64,000 nucleotides of DNA from Eledone cirrhosa (lineage: Eukaryota), in NCBI GenBank assembly GCA_964016885.1, contig OZ024740.1:354826001-354890000 (forward strand), written 5' to 3'. The notes below the pieces were generated by a model that saw only the letters and a list, made by a program, of their open reading frames with translations, searched no databases and was not told where the DNA came from. Of the stretch, positions 26,027 through 40,790 are shown one piece after another. The position numbers were made by a program, and so were the translations under genes. Each line of letters begins with the position of its first letter. Positions within the stretch are counted from its first letter, which is position 1.

Positions 26027-26205
26027 TGGATTGGCAGTATTGGTAGAGCGTCAGACACCATGCTTTGTAGCATAGAGTTATTGCTTTTTACGTTTTGAGT
26101 TCAAATCCCGCCGAGGTTAACTTTGTCTTTCATCCTTACGGAATGGATAAAATAATAATGCACTGTGGGGTAATTGCAGGACTTGTGCCAAAAGTAGAAA
26201 CAATT
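26027..26205 (+). mobile_element. tRNA-derived SINE
   Basis: 3429 family. Confidence 0.85.
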
Positions 26206-28477
26206 ATTTATAAAAACAACTATAATAAAGAAAAACGTAACACAGACTGAGAAAGAAAATAGGAATTGTATCAAATGTGACAAAAGACGCTTAAATTCAA
26301 AGTTCAAAAAGCAATAGTGCAGTTGATCGCCCCCTCATACCCCTAAGTTTAAAAAAGAAAGCAGATTCTCCCACACACAAAAAGACGGCTGAGCAAAATA
26401 TAAACAAATTGTTTTCTATATTAATTAAAAAGACATAGGTAAAGTTGAATGTAACTAATAAAAGAAACAGGTGGGGAGCTATTGAAAACTTGTAGTAACT
26501 GATTTTCAATGTATACTTGTATAATGTGTCTGTGACCAGGTCATAAAAGTACAATGATACTTTTTTGACACTTCGTAATTGGTGGCGAATTATCAGTGTT
26601 TAGAATGCTTTGTAGTATTTCTTCCAGATACTCTGAGCTCTGAGTTAAATCCCACTACTGTCGACATAGCCTTTCATCCTTTGAGGTCTATAAAAAAAAT
26701 TTATCATTTTAGTCCAGTATTGGGGTTGATTCTCTCTATCTCTTTCTTCTCCTCTGGAAGAAATCTGCTGTGTTCAGACCTGGAGTACATTGACCGTACA
26801 ATTAAGTAATAAACAAGTTTGTGTGTTCTTAAATAGCTTTTAAATAATTCTTTTATGATACATACATAGAAGTTGAATAGATAGATATTGCATTGGTTCT
26901 AATGATGAGCCTTCTAGTGGTTCAGTCCATAGTTCTACTTACTAATTGAATTATAATGTTAAGTAGCTGAGTATTTCACAAACATTTGTATTCTTAAAGT
27001 AACCCTCAGGCAGGATTAACATAACATTGAGTATAACAATGTATACTGTTTTTTTGCCTTAAATATAAAATTTAACTGACAAGCTCCCATGCTGCTTACA
27101 TCTACACAATTTCACTCACAAAACATGGTATCAAATGGGTTAATAGGTAGTCTATATTAAAAATTAAATGTTCAAAATTTCTGAAATTTATTCAAGTAAT
27201 AAAGAGGAAGTAAATATTATTAAAAACGCCCAAATAAGATATATGATAATCATCATCATCACTGTTTAACGTCCATTTTTCCATGCTAGATTGATATATG
27301 TAATATTCTGAACTAGACCCAGAGCTTCTGTTACAGTTTTGGGATTAGGCGGTGGCTTAAGTATATATACTGTACATGTGTGTTATTTTTATTATTAGCT
27401 CACACTTTTTTTTATCACCAATACAAGACCAAGAAAGAGATTAAAAACATGATCATACTAACATATTTAGAGTCAATAAAAATCAGTGTAGTAAAAAACA
27501 AAGCACAAGTATATTGAAATGAATTATTGGAAGGGCTTAAACCACAAAAGCTCCTTAGTGCTGGAAGTTTGTTTAAAGTTGCATTAGTTTGTTTAAATTT
27601 GTTTTGCAAGATTTTTGATTTGAAATTTTGTGTTCATGTTGCTAATAAAAACACATACAGCAGTTAATTTTCACACCAGTTTTATTATAACTAATGCATT
27701 CCTCGGTTACTAAACTAACCGGTTGGTTATTTGTCATATTTAACAAACAAACTGAAATGAAACTCAACTGGTGTGTGTTTATTGGTAGCATACACGACTC
27801 TTCCAAAGTAATAACAGTTTCTTTAAAATGTTGAATATATGATTGTTGCCTACACTAAAATATAGATATGATCACTGAAATAAGTTAAAGGCTTGGGATG
27901 TTACTTAACTTTCAGTCAAAAATGTACAGGTGCTGTAAATTTCTTCAGTAGGATGAGAGTAAAAAAAAAATTGAGTGGACAATGTATTTGCATACCACAA
28001 AAACAGACTGGTAAACTTTTCCCTCTGTGATTACAAAACTGTTGGCGATTGTAATTAATAAGTAGCTACTTTAATTATTTTTAACTGGTGGTTTTGTTAA
28101 CCATTATAAACTTCTAGTAGATAATTACTGAAAATACCGCTAATTGGGATTCTTATATATGTTGGTGTTTGAATGAAAGTTTTTTGCGACTACTGTGGTT
28201 TTATTTTATATTTCTTTCTTTAAATAATTTGGAAATCGAAGGAAGAAAAAAAATACAGAGCTTTGTAAGCATGTTTTGAATTGTAAAACAAACTACTTGT
28301 TTCTTCTCTTCATTGAGAATGTATATTAGTTGAATAAGATATTAATTTCTTTCCAGAATTGACTGCAATTTTGTTAAATTCTATTTCTATATATCTATTC
28401 TATATGTCTTGACTAACTTTTAAATTTCTTAAAATAGTTCCACTATTTATGCAATGATTTTTCATTTGTTTTATATA

Positions 28478-28999
28478 TACTCAGTAATAGAGAAGACTCG
28501 CCTTACCTAAATACAAAGTAAAACCTACTACAGTCAGTAGGCATCTCTAACAAAATACACCCCACCCCCCACCCCATCCACACCGCCCCTTCAATGTAAA
28601 GTTATGTTGGTGCCACAACATCCAGGCCGAAACAAATGAGATCGTGTAGGTGTCACGACAAAAAAACACACAGTCCATGCTGTAATGTGGCCGTGTAGGC
28701 AACAGGGTAAAAACCTCCCAGCCCCACACTGTAAATGTAGTTGGTGTTAGGAAGGGCATCCAGCTGTAGAAAACCCGCCAGACAGTCCACGCTGTAATGT
28801 GGCCGTGTAGGCAACACGGTAAAAACCTCCCAGCCCCACACTGTAAATGTGGTTGGTGTTAGGAAGGGCATCCAGCTGTAGAAAACCCGCCAGACAGTCC
28901 TATGCGAGCAAGACAATCACTCTTGCCTCAAGTGGGAAAACCCCCCGTCCAAACCCATGCAAGCGTGGAACACGGACGTTAAACGTTGATGATGATGAT
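28478..28999 (+). mobile_element. RTE LINE 3' UTR copy with an internal 112-bp tandem duplication
   Basis: Near-identical to 42164-42559; duplicated unit 28670-28781 / 28782-28893; (GAT)n tail. Confidence 0.9.
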
Positions 29000-30759
29000 A
29001 ACAATACCATTGGGAGTTACATTTTCTTAAGAAATGGATTTGAGTAAAAAAAAAATCAAATGTTGTAAATTATCTGTTTTGCAAAACTGACTTTGTTTTT
29101 ATTTCATTCACTTCTCAAATAGTAAGAAGATATTCTGGAATTTATTAATTTAAAAAATTTGGTTTGACTTTTCTAGGTTATATACCACACCCCAAAATAA
29201 ATGTATTTTAACAACAACTCAACAACTTTGGGACAGCATCTGGAAATATAATAAATACCACTGACTTACTAGCATTGTCATAGTTCTCTTCATTTAAATG
29301 GCATAGAAGGAAGAACTGGCACTAGATCACTTTGGATATTTAAGTGTAGAAATTACAGTAGATTTCTGAAAAACTCCAGTATCACAGCAAAGGTTATAGA
29401 TGTATATGATTATTACAGAGAACATCATTGAAGAATTTATAATCAAAACAGTTGATATAGAACATGGTATAACATGAATAGCAGAAGCACCTTCATTTCA
29501 CTTGGAATAAAAGTAGACTTATAAATCATAAAATGTGCTTAATCTTTGTGATACCAATCTGTCTGAAATCATTCTACTTTCTGTCACAACACAACTTTGT
29601 GTATTTTAAAGTGTTTATATTTATTTATAAATCTTTCCATCATAATTTTTGTAAAAACCATTTTTTAAATCTATGCTCCAGTTTAATATGGAGAAAATTA
29701 GTAATATTACAAAATCCTTCCAAATTCTTGATTATTTTCACAATAATTTGAAAATAATAACCAATGTCTTTCATTAGAACTATGATAATGAAAGAGTTAA
29801 AAAAGCTTTAAAGCTATGCTACGTACTGAAACACATGCACACAAACACACGTGCATTCACTATTTATGTTGTAAAATACTAAGGGAACAGTTTGAGATCA
29901 CTGATGTCTTTTGCTTGTTATATCTTCATCATACTATCAATTTATAAGGCTTCTCTTACTTCAACAGAAAGGAACTAAGCAAATTAGACAAGCAAAATAA
30001 AGCTTAGAGGTATGTGAACAAATGTTATTGCTCTAAATGTGGCACAAGTAAGTGAGTTCAAAATCTATATTAATTATGTAACAGTGCTTGCTAGTAATAC
30101 TGTGAAGTAAAGGTGATGCTCATAAATCCACAGTTTTTTTTTCAGCTGTTTTAGTCCTAAGCACCATACTAAACAATTCAGTTAGGTCAATACAGTTAAT
30201 TACCATTTTGAATTGTTGCTGGTTTAGTATTAGAGGTAATACACAGGCAGGGATGGGTGTAGAGCTGAGAGGTGTGTAGCTTTTATGAAGGGGACTGGAC
30301 AGGCTGACATGCAGTGGAATCTAATATGTGAAGGTATAGTGAGTGCACTGAAGTTTAGGTGAGTGTGGTATTCAGTCAACAAGTTCAATGGGGCAAAGAA
30401 CAGTGTGTTAGCATTGGAAAAGATAGCCAATGGATACAGTTTGATAGTAGGCTGTTGGCTGTAAACTGTTGCTGGCTGTAGTTTATTTATCTATGATTGT
30501 CACTCTCATGTATTTAAAGAAAAAAGAACAAAACTAAACAATAACAAAACTAAACAAACAAAAAACCTATAAAAACATTTTATGAGTTTGAGGAAGTACA
30601 ATATTCATAGCTAGGAAGCCTTCTCAAATTTGTGGGGTTGAATGATTGTTTTTTATGTGATGGGGACTGGGGGTGGAAATGTTTGGAGGGAGTAGTGCTT
30701 GAGGGTGATCCAGTGGGGATGTTAAAAGGAAGAGAGATGGAAGCAATGTGTGGTATACT

Positions 30760-31385
30760 AGGACTGGCCCTCAGTTGGACAGTGACTGCTTGCACATCGG
30801 TGTTTCCCTGAGACTTGGCCTTTGCAGCTGTGAGCCTCACAAATGCTGCTACAGTACCACTGTGGATCCTTTTGCTTTCCATCCACTCTCATGCCATCAC
30901 AGTGCTGGTCACTTGCCACACAATGCTGTTCTCAATGAAATCATAAAGCATGGTCTGCATGGTGCAGGCTTTCCTTCCCAGCTCAAACCAGCAGGGCTAG
31001 ACTGAGGGGATGGCAAAAGGCCAGACGGCCTGACAATCTTCCTGTTCTTCGGCGGTAGGCCCCTCATCTGGGATGCTACATGCTGTGACACCTTCTCTAG
31101 TGACAACTTAGTGCATTCTGCTACCAGTCCAGCCTCTGCGACCCACCAGGCCAAAGAGAGCAAATTGTCCAAGTATCGGCCACTCTCTGATAGGTTTGTG
31201 GTAGAGCCTGTTACAGTGGAGACTTCTGGCATTCTCCCCTCTCCCACTCCCAGACTACATTCCTACTCACTGCTATCAAAGCAAAATTGACTGCCCACAG
31301 GTGCGAGTCCCGCGAAGTGGAGTGGCTGTTCTAGTGCATTTCCCTCGCTGTCCTCTCGGGCAATGTATTTTTCATCCTGTTGACC
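30760..31385 (+). pseudogene. CRE-like non-LTR retrotransposon 3' fragment (Zn-knuckle plus restriction-like endonuclease)
   Basis: CLHIGVSLRLGL...C...HPLSC...HNAVLNEII...GLD*GDGKRPDGLT...LIWDATCCDT...KY...PVTVETSG; stops present. Confidence 0.75.
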
Positions 31386-33239
31386 AAGCCCTAGAGGCAG
31401 AGGGTGTTAGTTGGAGGTGCAGGATACTTGTTTGGACGTCCCACATTCACTCACTCGATCTTATTTGCAAGTTAAAAATAGAGACTCCTGTAGTAGCTGT
31501 TATAATAGGACACAGCAGTGTTTAACCCTTTCATTATCATATTTCTGAAAAAATATGCTAAATTTAAATTAACCAATGAAGAATTTGGAGGGAGTTATGA
31601 AAATTATTCTAGTTATTAAGATGGTATTTTTAAAATTGTTGGGAGATTTTAATTTAAATAGGAACCTTCTATTGTTCCATACAACCAGAAGTAGTTTTTG
31701 GTGGGTTACTATGAAAAAGCTTAATGTTGTTTAGCCATAGATAATTTCTGATAGAGTAGACATATGATGAAAGAAATTTCAACAATGATCATTTCATTTC
31801 TTTTCAAATATAATGTGTTGAGGATTACATTATCCAAAGAGTTCTTTTTTAAGACATTCAGGTGTAATCTGAGGGCGACTTGGCCACCATGTCCAGCTGG
31901 ACGGTGGGGATGACTCTATAGAGACTCCTTTATTGGCTTCATAGGAATATAGCTGTTGTTGAGACAGTTCTGATTGAACAGATCATTGAGTAAAGTCCTT
32001 TTAGGAGTATCTGTGATTACTCAGTGCTCTTCTCTTTCTATGGTGGTAAAGAGAAATTTGGTTGCTATTTCTTGATGGGCAAGTAAGCAGGCTCATTGTT
32101 AATATAGAGAAGGAAGGTTTGGAAAGCATAAAAAATTCTGATAGACAGCAGAGTTGATAGAATGTGGGCTGTAGGAAGCTCAGTCAACATATGCTATGAT
32201 GGAGAGGTCTGAGAGGAAGTTTCTTTTCTAGGATTTCAGAACATGTAGAAGCAATAAAGAGGGAGCTTTGCTAGAAGATAATCATGCTAGTTACATTGGG
32301 AAAGTTTGTTGCAGGAAATAGTTTCTTTGTGTGGATGCAGCATTACTGAATGGTTAAAGAGTTCACTTCACAATCATAAGATCTTGAGTTTGATCCCTCT
32401 GCATGGTATTTTGGGCAAATGTCATTTACCATAGCCAACCAATGCATTGTATAATTATGTTAATTGTTCCTACTTTTGGTACAAGGTCAGCAATTATCCC
32501 AGTGTATTACTGGTTTTTATTTTATCGACCCCGTAAGAATGAAAGGCAAAGTTAACCTAATTAAGTTAATGAAACTGCATAAGCAAGACATTCTTGAAAA
32601 ATACACAAAACAGCACTATGACTCCATCACATTAAATGTTAAAGTCTTTACTCTAATATTGCAATTTTCACAATGATCTATTCACTAGTAAAGATAATTT
32701 AAACATTTGAATTAAACAAACCTATTTTTAGATATTTTCTGCTAAAACATTAGAGGATGTTTAGAGGTGAAGTGTTTATATTTACCAAAAAACATTCTTT
32801 CATAATTTTATGTAAGATAAATAAGAAAGTTATATTACTAAATCCCTCTAAATTTTTTGATTATTTTAAAAATGATTTCAAAGTTACAGGCAGTGTCTTT
32901 CATTATAAATGTGGTAATGAAAGAGATAATATATTAGAAATGAGGTTAATTAGCCAAAGGGATAGTCACTGTTTATATGTTAATAGGTTGACATACATAT
33001 TTTCTACATGATCTTTCCTAGCAGATGATAGCTGATGCAGTTCAGTATTGAACCATAACAGTACTAACAATAATATCCTGTGTTATTATCGTTAGCAGAA
33101 TATTTATTGATATTATGCTTTTAATAAATATTTGTTGGGTTACAAGAGAATATTTACAATGAACTTATGTTAGCATCATTATAATTCAGTATTTTAAGTT
33201 CTGTTTTTTTTCAATTAACAAATCACTTTGGCCACAAAC

Positions 33240-33480
33240 TCCAGTTCTGCTGCCCGTAATGCAGAGAGGAAAGGAAGACAAGCAAATACCAGGGCTTCCT
33301 CTTCGCACAGGTCACTGTCGAAACCTCTGGCATCATTGGGCGCTGTACTGCTGAGCCCATCCATAAAATCAGATGATCACCATCCCATCTGAGTCAGGAA
33401 CCCCGTTAGGTGGGGTGGCTGTTGCAGCGGGTATCGCTGGCCATTGTCCACAGAAATGCTTTTGCCTGTGGAGTACAGCC
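33240..33480 (+). pseudogene. second, shorter CRE-like endonuclease 3' fragment
   Basis: AARNAER...VTVETSGIIG...WLLQRVSLAIVHRNAF, parallel to the end of the 30760 fragment. Confidence 0.6.
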
Positions 33481-35779
33481 CAAACACCACTCCACCTCAG
33501 GCATAGAGCCTATCACTCTCTTCCATTTCCCCTCTCTTTCTTCTGTGGCTTAATATTCCTTGCCTTTTCCCTCCTTTTCCTCTCATTTATGGCATTTATA
33601 GCCCTTTCTCCTACTTTTCTATACAGTCAGATCTGCCTTTCTTTATCCCTTCCCTCCTCTGTCATTTGCTTGGATTTTTTTCTGTTTGTTTTTCATATTT
33701 CCATCAATATTTGTAATTACACAACTGTGAATTGATTTATTGTCTGTAATTTTATTTTATAATAATACCGACAGTTAAATAAATGTATATTACCTGCTCT
33801 GTGCCTTTATTAACAGTAAAATTAGATATGTCGGGATCCTCTTTCATTTACTCTTATTTATTATTTCATATACACACTGTATATGTGGTTGGTGTTAGGA
33901 AGGGTATCCAGCTGTAAAGTAGCCAGCCAAATTTACAGTCATTGCTGGAGAAAGGTGCAACATGGCCAACCATGCCTCCCGTCATCAACAACCCTTCTAA
34001 CTCATGCAAGCATGGAAGAATTGATGCTAAACAGAAATGATGATGAAATGATGATACACACTTTAATTTGCAAAGATAAGGAAAAACTGATCAAAACCAA
34101 AGTAGTGTTTATCCTTTCTAATTATATTACTGAGATTATTCTATGTTATTCTGAGTTTTTCTGTTACTCAGTATATGTCAAATATTGTAGGAGAAAGCTT
34201 TGTTGCCCCCCCCTCCTATATATATATATGAACAATAAGCATTGTTGGTTGCAGAATTTCAATATAGATCACTGACACTGAAGAGTCCTCTCAACCTGTT
34301 TTTTGCAAGGTTTCTACAGTGGGATGCCCTTCATATCACCTTACAAAGTGTACTGGGTGCATTTTTCATGGCACCAGCACTAGAGAGGTTGTCTAATATA
34401 ACAAGAAGCAGACCAAATTTAATTCAGCATAAAAACTTCAGCTTTGAAATTAGTTTATTTTGTCAAAAACTGTCCTTTGGTAGATAATACTGAAAGTATG
34501 ATCATATATTTGATTTTAAAAGTTTAATGTTAAAAAAACAAGACAAAAACAAACCTTGCTTTATTTCTTGAAAGGTGGTGTTATGTATTTTAGCTTTGAT
34601 TTCACACGTGATTTAGTATTAAATATAGCACAGCTAAAGATTGCCCTGAAACAATGTGATTTATCAGGAAATATGTTTGAAAGCTATAGAGATCAAAGAT
34701 ATTAGAAACAGAATATCATCTCTTAATACAAAGTGTGGAGGTTGATAACAAAAGCAAAGATCACATAAATAATATTTATGGTTAAGATAAAAAGAGTTAG
34801 TGGAAGACAAAAATATGTTGGAAACATTTTTGAGGGTGCATCAATCAGAAATCAAGAAAATGTTTTCAGATTTTGGGAAAAAACAAGCTTTAGATTCTCT
34901 ACTGTTACTACCTTGGTTACAGACACATTCACATACAAGATATTTTCTATTTTATGTTGTTTTGAAGCAAGTTTCATAATTCTGTTTACCTCAGTTTGCT
35001 TGACTAACAACAGATTCCATTCTTATTTTGTTTCAGCATACATCTGAAACATGCAAATTCAGAAATTTTAAAATACATTCTAGTTGTATAGGCTATGAAA
35101 AATGGATTTAAAAGACAGCATAAAAATGAGAAATCTTTATTAATATGCTTTGTATAAAAAGTGAATCTTTAATCATATTGTGAAGTGTTATCTAAAGTTG
35201 ACTGTTTTGGACAATAGTGAAACAGTAGAATCTGAGGAAACTTACATTTCACATGTAAAATTGTACCTCTATATAGGGATGTTACCTAGTCTTTCCTTTA
35301 AATGTGTTCCCCTTTTCTGAAATAAAATAATTTCAAATTGCAATTTGACAAGCTCACCCACAACAAATCATGCCACAGGTCATAACACCAAATGACCTTC
35401 TCTACCACTTAGGATATTTTCACAGAGCTACTACATAGCAAAGATGTTTTGCAATTAATTTATAAATCACAGGAAATTATTATATAGTTTATGTTCAGGT
35501 TCAGCAATACACTTCTCTGATCTGTTCTGTAAATGGCTGGCTGCCGAGTTGGCCTAATGTTAACACCAGTCTTGTCTCTATTATAGCTACTATAAAATAA
35601 ACCTCTTTAATGGACAGTAACCACCGTGTTACCTTTCATTTGATAATTTGTGTCAATTTCACTTATTAATTTTTTTCTTCTGAGCTGATTTCATAGTAAT
35701 AAGAGCAATTGATTATTATTATTTTTTTTTTGGTCTTCATTGATTGCTTTTGTTTCTTTTTATAATTTTGTTACCTAGG

Positions 35780-36100
35780 AGACATGTTGACTGGAGAAGT
35801 TAGAACTGGACTTGATGAGGGTGGCTAGAGAGAGCTGTGCAAAGAAGTTCCAGAAATTGAATGATGTGCTAATGAGGAGGGGAGTGTCATTGAAATTGAA
35901 GGGAAAGATGTATGCTGCATGTGTAAGATGTGACAAGATTTGTGGGAGCGAAACATGGGCAATGAACTATATAATGTTATGATGGAGGAGAAAATTAGAG
36001 CAAGGAGGTTGATGAGGGGGGATATAGAGGATAGGGCAAAATGGAGAAGCCAGCTATGGAACCTGCAAGGCTGACCCCTGCTTTAGGTGGGAAAATGGCC
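35780..36100 (+). mobile_element. old RTE LINE fragment
   Basis: VRTG...KKF...LMRRGVSLKLKGKMYAACVR...GSETWA, decayed. Confidence 0.65.
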
Positions 36101-39100
36101 TAATGCTTGTTATCATTTTCTAATTTTAAGCAAATAATATATAATTGTCTTTTAAATATTGATTTCGAACTTGGGCACAAGGACCGTTGATACTCATGTG
36201 CTTGACTGACACTTATTTTATCCACCCCTCTCTGAAGCCAAACAGACAAAATTTCCTTCAATAAATTATGAAATGTAAACATTCACAAGAAAATTTAATA
36301 CTGATGCTCTACCGATTCTGCCAATCCTTTGAAGTAGATTTTCAACCTCTGTTAAATGGTCGAATGAACTTCCATAGGTTTTGGCAATTAACGTTCCAGT
36401 TGTTCAATTAACAGAGCAGCCTGTTTACGAAATTAATGTGTAAGTGGCTGAGCATTCCACAGACAGACACATGTGCCCTTAATGGAATTCTCCTGGAGAT
36501 TCAGCATCATTGTGTGATGAAGCTGGCCCTTTGAATTCCAGGTACAGTCCCTCCAGCAGGCTTCCAAATAGTTCTTATCTACCTAATTTCACTCACAAAA
36601 CGTGTTGACACAAGTCTATGATAAATGACACTTTCCCAAGATACCATGCTGTGGGATTGAACCCAGGAAGTAATGATTGCAATGTGAACTTCTTAACCAT
36701 TTAACTATGCACTCTCTTGAATGGTAAATGTAGACAGACTGACATATTTCATCTTTTCATTTGAAAGTATGATATATTTTATGTTGGGATTTTTTTTCTT
36801 CTTTATAATGGAATATGTCTTCAAAACCTCCAACAGCAAATACCCCCCCCCCCCCCCCCCCCCAAAAAAAAAGAAGAAAATTGAGTTTGTTAATGCAATG
36901 GAATATTTGAGTTAGGAAATACTTAATAAAAATGTTCTGTAGTCAATTAACTATTAACATCCTGTACCACATGAAGCCACATTAGCAAGACATTTTTGAA
37001 AAGTATAAATCAGCACAATGACAACATCACATTAAAAATTAAAACTGTACATTTTTATGATAATATAAATATAAATGAATGTACTATGAACATTTGAAAT
37101 AACAAACCAACCAGCTTTTAGATGTTTTCTGTTAAATCATTAGAAGATGTTATGATTTAATGAAAATGTTCTGTACTCAATACAAACCATCTTAATAATT
37201 TAGTTTTTTAATATGAAATTTTGTATTTAATCAATTATACATAAGCAAATTATGTCAACTATATTTTACAAAAAAAAGTTATAAAATGCTGGAAATAGGA
37301 AAATAAAAAAAAGATAAAAACAAAATTAAGTAACGAACTGAGGGGGGAAGTGGCAAAGGAGGGCAGATCTGGCTGTAAAAGAAAGTTGAGCAAAGGGCTT
37401 TAAATGAGAGGAAAAGGAGGGGAAAAGCAAGGACTATTAGGCCATGGAAGAAAGGTTTGGAGTTTGATTTACAGTAAATGATACTTGCTAGGCAGTGGGA
37501 TCAAACCCCAAACCTTATTGTTGTGAAGCAAATTTAACTACTCAGTCATGTTGTGTCTATATGTAGACAAATGTTTTAAGCCTATTTTCCCCATTAAAGT
37601 AGAGGTTAGCCCCACGGGTCCCTTAACTACAGACACATCATGGGGTCATTTTTGAGACAATGTCTTATGGTTGGGTGCTCTTTCTGGCCCCGACTCTTTT
37701 AGTCACCAGTAACATACAAGGATATAGTGTACCTACTCTAAACTGGCTTAGACACAATCATAGCTAAACAGATTGCTCTATATGAGTAGATATAACTTTT
37801 AATGAGACAGTTTAAGTTTAGAGAGATATAGATAAATTCTACTATTAAGGTTGAATTATAAATCATTCTTCATATAAAAGTGGAGGTTCAAGTCTGTTGA
37901 ATGATGTGGTCTTAATAGGGTATCCAGAAATTGATCCTGTGTTGTGACTACAATGCAATATCAACTAATGACATGGTGAACAAGGAAAGATATGAGTACA
38001 GGACAGCATTTTTATGATCATTGGTTAACTAGATGTTTTATTCTTTTACTGGCTTCTGTCACTAAACTGTTGCCATACTGAGGCAATGGCACAGGGGCTT
38101 CAAGGGTATCAACTATATCAACCTACACTTGATTGACATTATTTTATTAGCCTTGGAAGGATAAAAAGCAAAGTCAACCTAGGTAGGATTTGAACTCAAA
38201 ACGTACAGGTATTGTATTAAATACTACAAGATATATTGTTGAATGCTTTACCAATTCTACCATCTATAGTCTATGTATGATTAGATCGTAAAGACAAATT
38301 TTACAATTGATGTTGAATTAATAATTGTTCTTCAGATAAAAGTAGAGGTCAGCTCTGTTGAGCAAGGCATTAAGAAGCACTGAAATGTGTGGTTTATTAA
38401 GAATAAAGGGAGGAGAATACTTCTGTAATTATATACCTTACAAGTATGTTTCATTCACTTAATTACTTTTTATTCCTCCCAACACTTTCTCTCTCATAAA
38501 TCCATTTGAATACATTAAAAGGACAAAAAAAACAAAAAACCCCAAACAAAAGAGACATTCTGCTTTCCAAATATAAGAAACTGAGATTTTCGCTAGCTCC
38601 TCTGATTATCTACACTACAATGTATTGAAGATTAGTTTAACAAAGCCATTGTAGCTAAAGAAGTGTTTTCAGCTGCTTATGATATTAATGTCCTATCTTC
38701 AGGCAAATGTTCTGAATATTTCCACTATATCCTGTCTTTTTATAATCACTAGTTAGATTTGTTTCAAATATAGATTGAGTATATTGTTAAACACTAGGTC
38801 ATCCCTGATCAAGCAGACCGATGATCAAAGGTGTTTAAGATGGTCATATCAATCCTTTTTTTTTTAGAAAAGTATATCTAGAACTACATACTCAAGTGTG
38901 TTCTTTTTTTAAAGACTTTAGAATGTAATTTGAGGTGAATTTGGATGCCATTTCTATTTGATTGAATGTCCGTGTAGCGAGTCTTTTCTGAGAACTGATT
39001 TTACTGTGACCATTACTGAAGACTGGGTTTCTGGATACAATTGCTCTCTTGACAAATCCTGTTGATTTATTTCGCTTTTAGACTTTTCTAATTTTAATGT

Positions 39101-39144
39101 TTTTCAATGTTTGTAACATTGAGAACACAGATTTTGTTTTTCAG

Positions 39145-39162
39145 AATATGAAACCATTGCAG
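39145..39162 (+). CDS. candidate 18-nt microexon (xYETIA)
   Basis: TTTTGTTTTTCAG|AATATGAAACCATTGCAG|GTGAGA: strong acceptor and donor, length a multiple of 3. Confidence 0.35.
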
Positions 39163-40415
39163 GTGAGAAGCAACAATTATCTCAACCAGGCATAAAAATA
39201 AATTCATCAGTTGTCTGGTTTACAAATATGATCATAGGTTTTATCAGAATTCACATAACTTATGCTAATTTAATTCTTACTCACTGAATGTGTGTTTTAT
39301 TTTTCATTTGCAAGCTGTTTTTGCTTCATTACATTTAGTGATGGGATTAATCACAATTCTGTGATGATAGGATCAGCTATTATATTATAGATTATAACAC
39401 CTGTCTCTAGAGCAGATTATTCTCAAGCTTTATTTGTTACATTCAAAATAATTTGCTTCAACATGGTTTAATGTCAGTGATTTTACTACTTTTATGAAAT
39501 CAAGTCCTATTGAAATGTGTGTAGAGGGAGTTAGGAATTTTGCTTTGCCATCATGGAGCCTTGGGTTTGATCCTATTGTGTAGCATTGAAGAAAAGTAGC
39601 TTCTCCCATAACTTTGGATTGACCACTGACTTGTGAGTGAAATTAGATGGAAACTGGAAATTCTTTGGATAGCCTTGTTGTATTACACCGATGAACTGTA
39701 TAGCAGTGGCCCCCAATCTTTTTGCACCATGGGCTGGTGTCATGTAAGGCAATTTCTCCACAGACCAAGGAAGGGGGATCGGTGTCAATCATGTGCATAA
39801 CAAAACACAATAAACAATAAAAAGCATATATAATCAACTCATCCAATCATCTCATTCCATTTCTCTACATAACATTCATCACTTGCTCTATTGTCATAAC
39901 TCCTCACACCCAACCATTTACAATCTTCCTCAACACACGACCAAGCCATCCCATTCCATTTCTCTTCACAAAATTCATCACTCTCTATTCTCATCATCCT
40001 CTGCAATTTATTGTTTGTCTTCCCTCTCAGTGATACTCCACTAATCCACTGAATCATCCTTATTGTCATATCATGCTCTACTTTTATCATCTATGTCTCT
40101 TCTCACACATGCAGCATTTACCTTTCTCCACAGTTTCAACAACATTCCTCTCCTCACTATAACACCACTCAGTTCTTGGAACTTCTAAGTGCAGTATAAT
40201 TAGTACGTTTGAGTATATATTGATTATATATATAATAAAACATTTCCTTATAACTTTGAAAGTATATTTGCTTTTTGCTGGATGGTTCATAAACAATTTA
40301 ATGTTGTTATTTTCTTATAAATTTGTTGGAGAAGAGTAAAGTTAATTGATTTTTTTTGTATTTGTTTTGCAAGATTGTTGATGTGAAATCGTGTGTTGAG
40401 ACAAATATTGTTATA

Positions 40416-40586
40416 CAGTGAAATTCCATTATAATGAAATTAATGGGGTATAAAAAAAAATTGTTGTAACAAAAAAATTCTTTATAATGAAAGCAACTGA
40501 AACAAATCGAGCGTTTGTTTGTTATTACCTGAGGGATTGAAGAACATTTTGTTATAATGATATTTGTTATAACAGAATTTTACCTG
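40416..40586. mobile_element. pogo/Tigger-type MITE nested in an older repeat
   Basis: TA-CAGTGAAATTCCATTATAA ... TTATAACAGAATTTTACCTG-TA; it splits the repeat whose uninterrupted form is at 22725-22770. Confidence 0.65.
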
Positions 40587-40790
40587 TACTTTAGGAGTGT
40601 CATTTCTGCCAGTTGAATTTCACTTTGGTTTTGTTAGCAGTCAGGTTACTAATCATTTCTCAGTTAATTTAGTAAACTAGATGGTTATTTAAATTTTATA
40701 GTTAATTGTCAAAGCTCTTTTGTCACATATTCTGTGGCCTTCTCTGTTACTATTCTTGCTCTTCTGTATCTCCTCTTTGTTTTGAATAAT

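Noticed and set aside
28670-28893. CRISPR-like or other regularly spaced array (also 45640-45880 and 16877-17256)
   Set aside because: Simple tandem duplications without unique spacers, in a eukaryotic context with no cas genes
29179-29466. Exon-like segment ending MIITENIIEEFIIKTVDIEH
   Set aside because: Weak donor, multiple stops upstream, no homology recognised
30230-32330. Scattered minus-strand fragments of a possible old CR1/L2/Jockey-type LINE
   Set aside because: Too decayed to define boundaries or confirm RT motifs by eye
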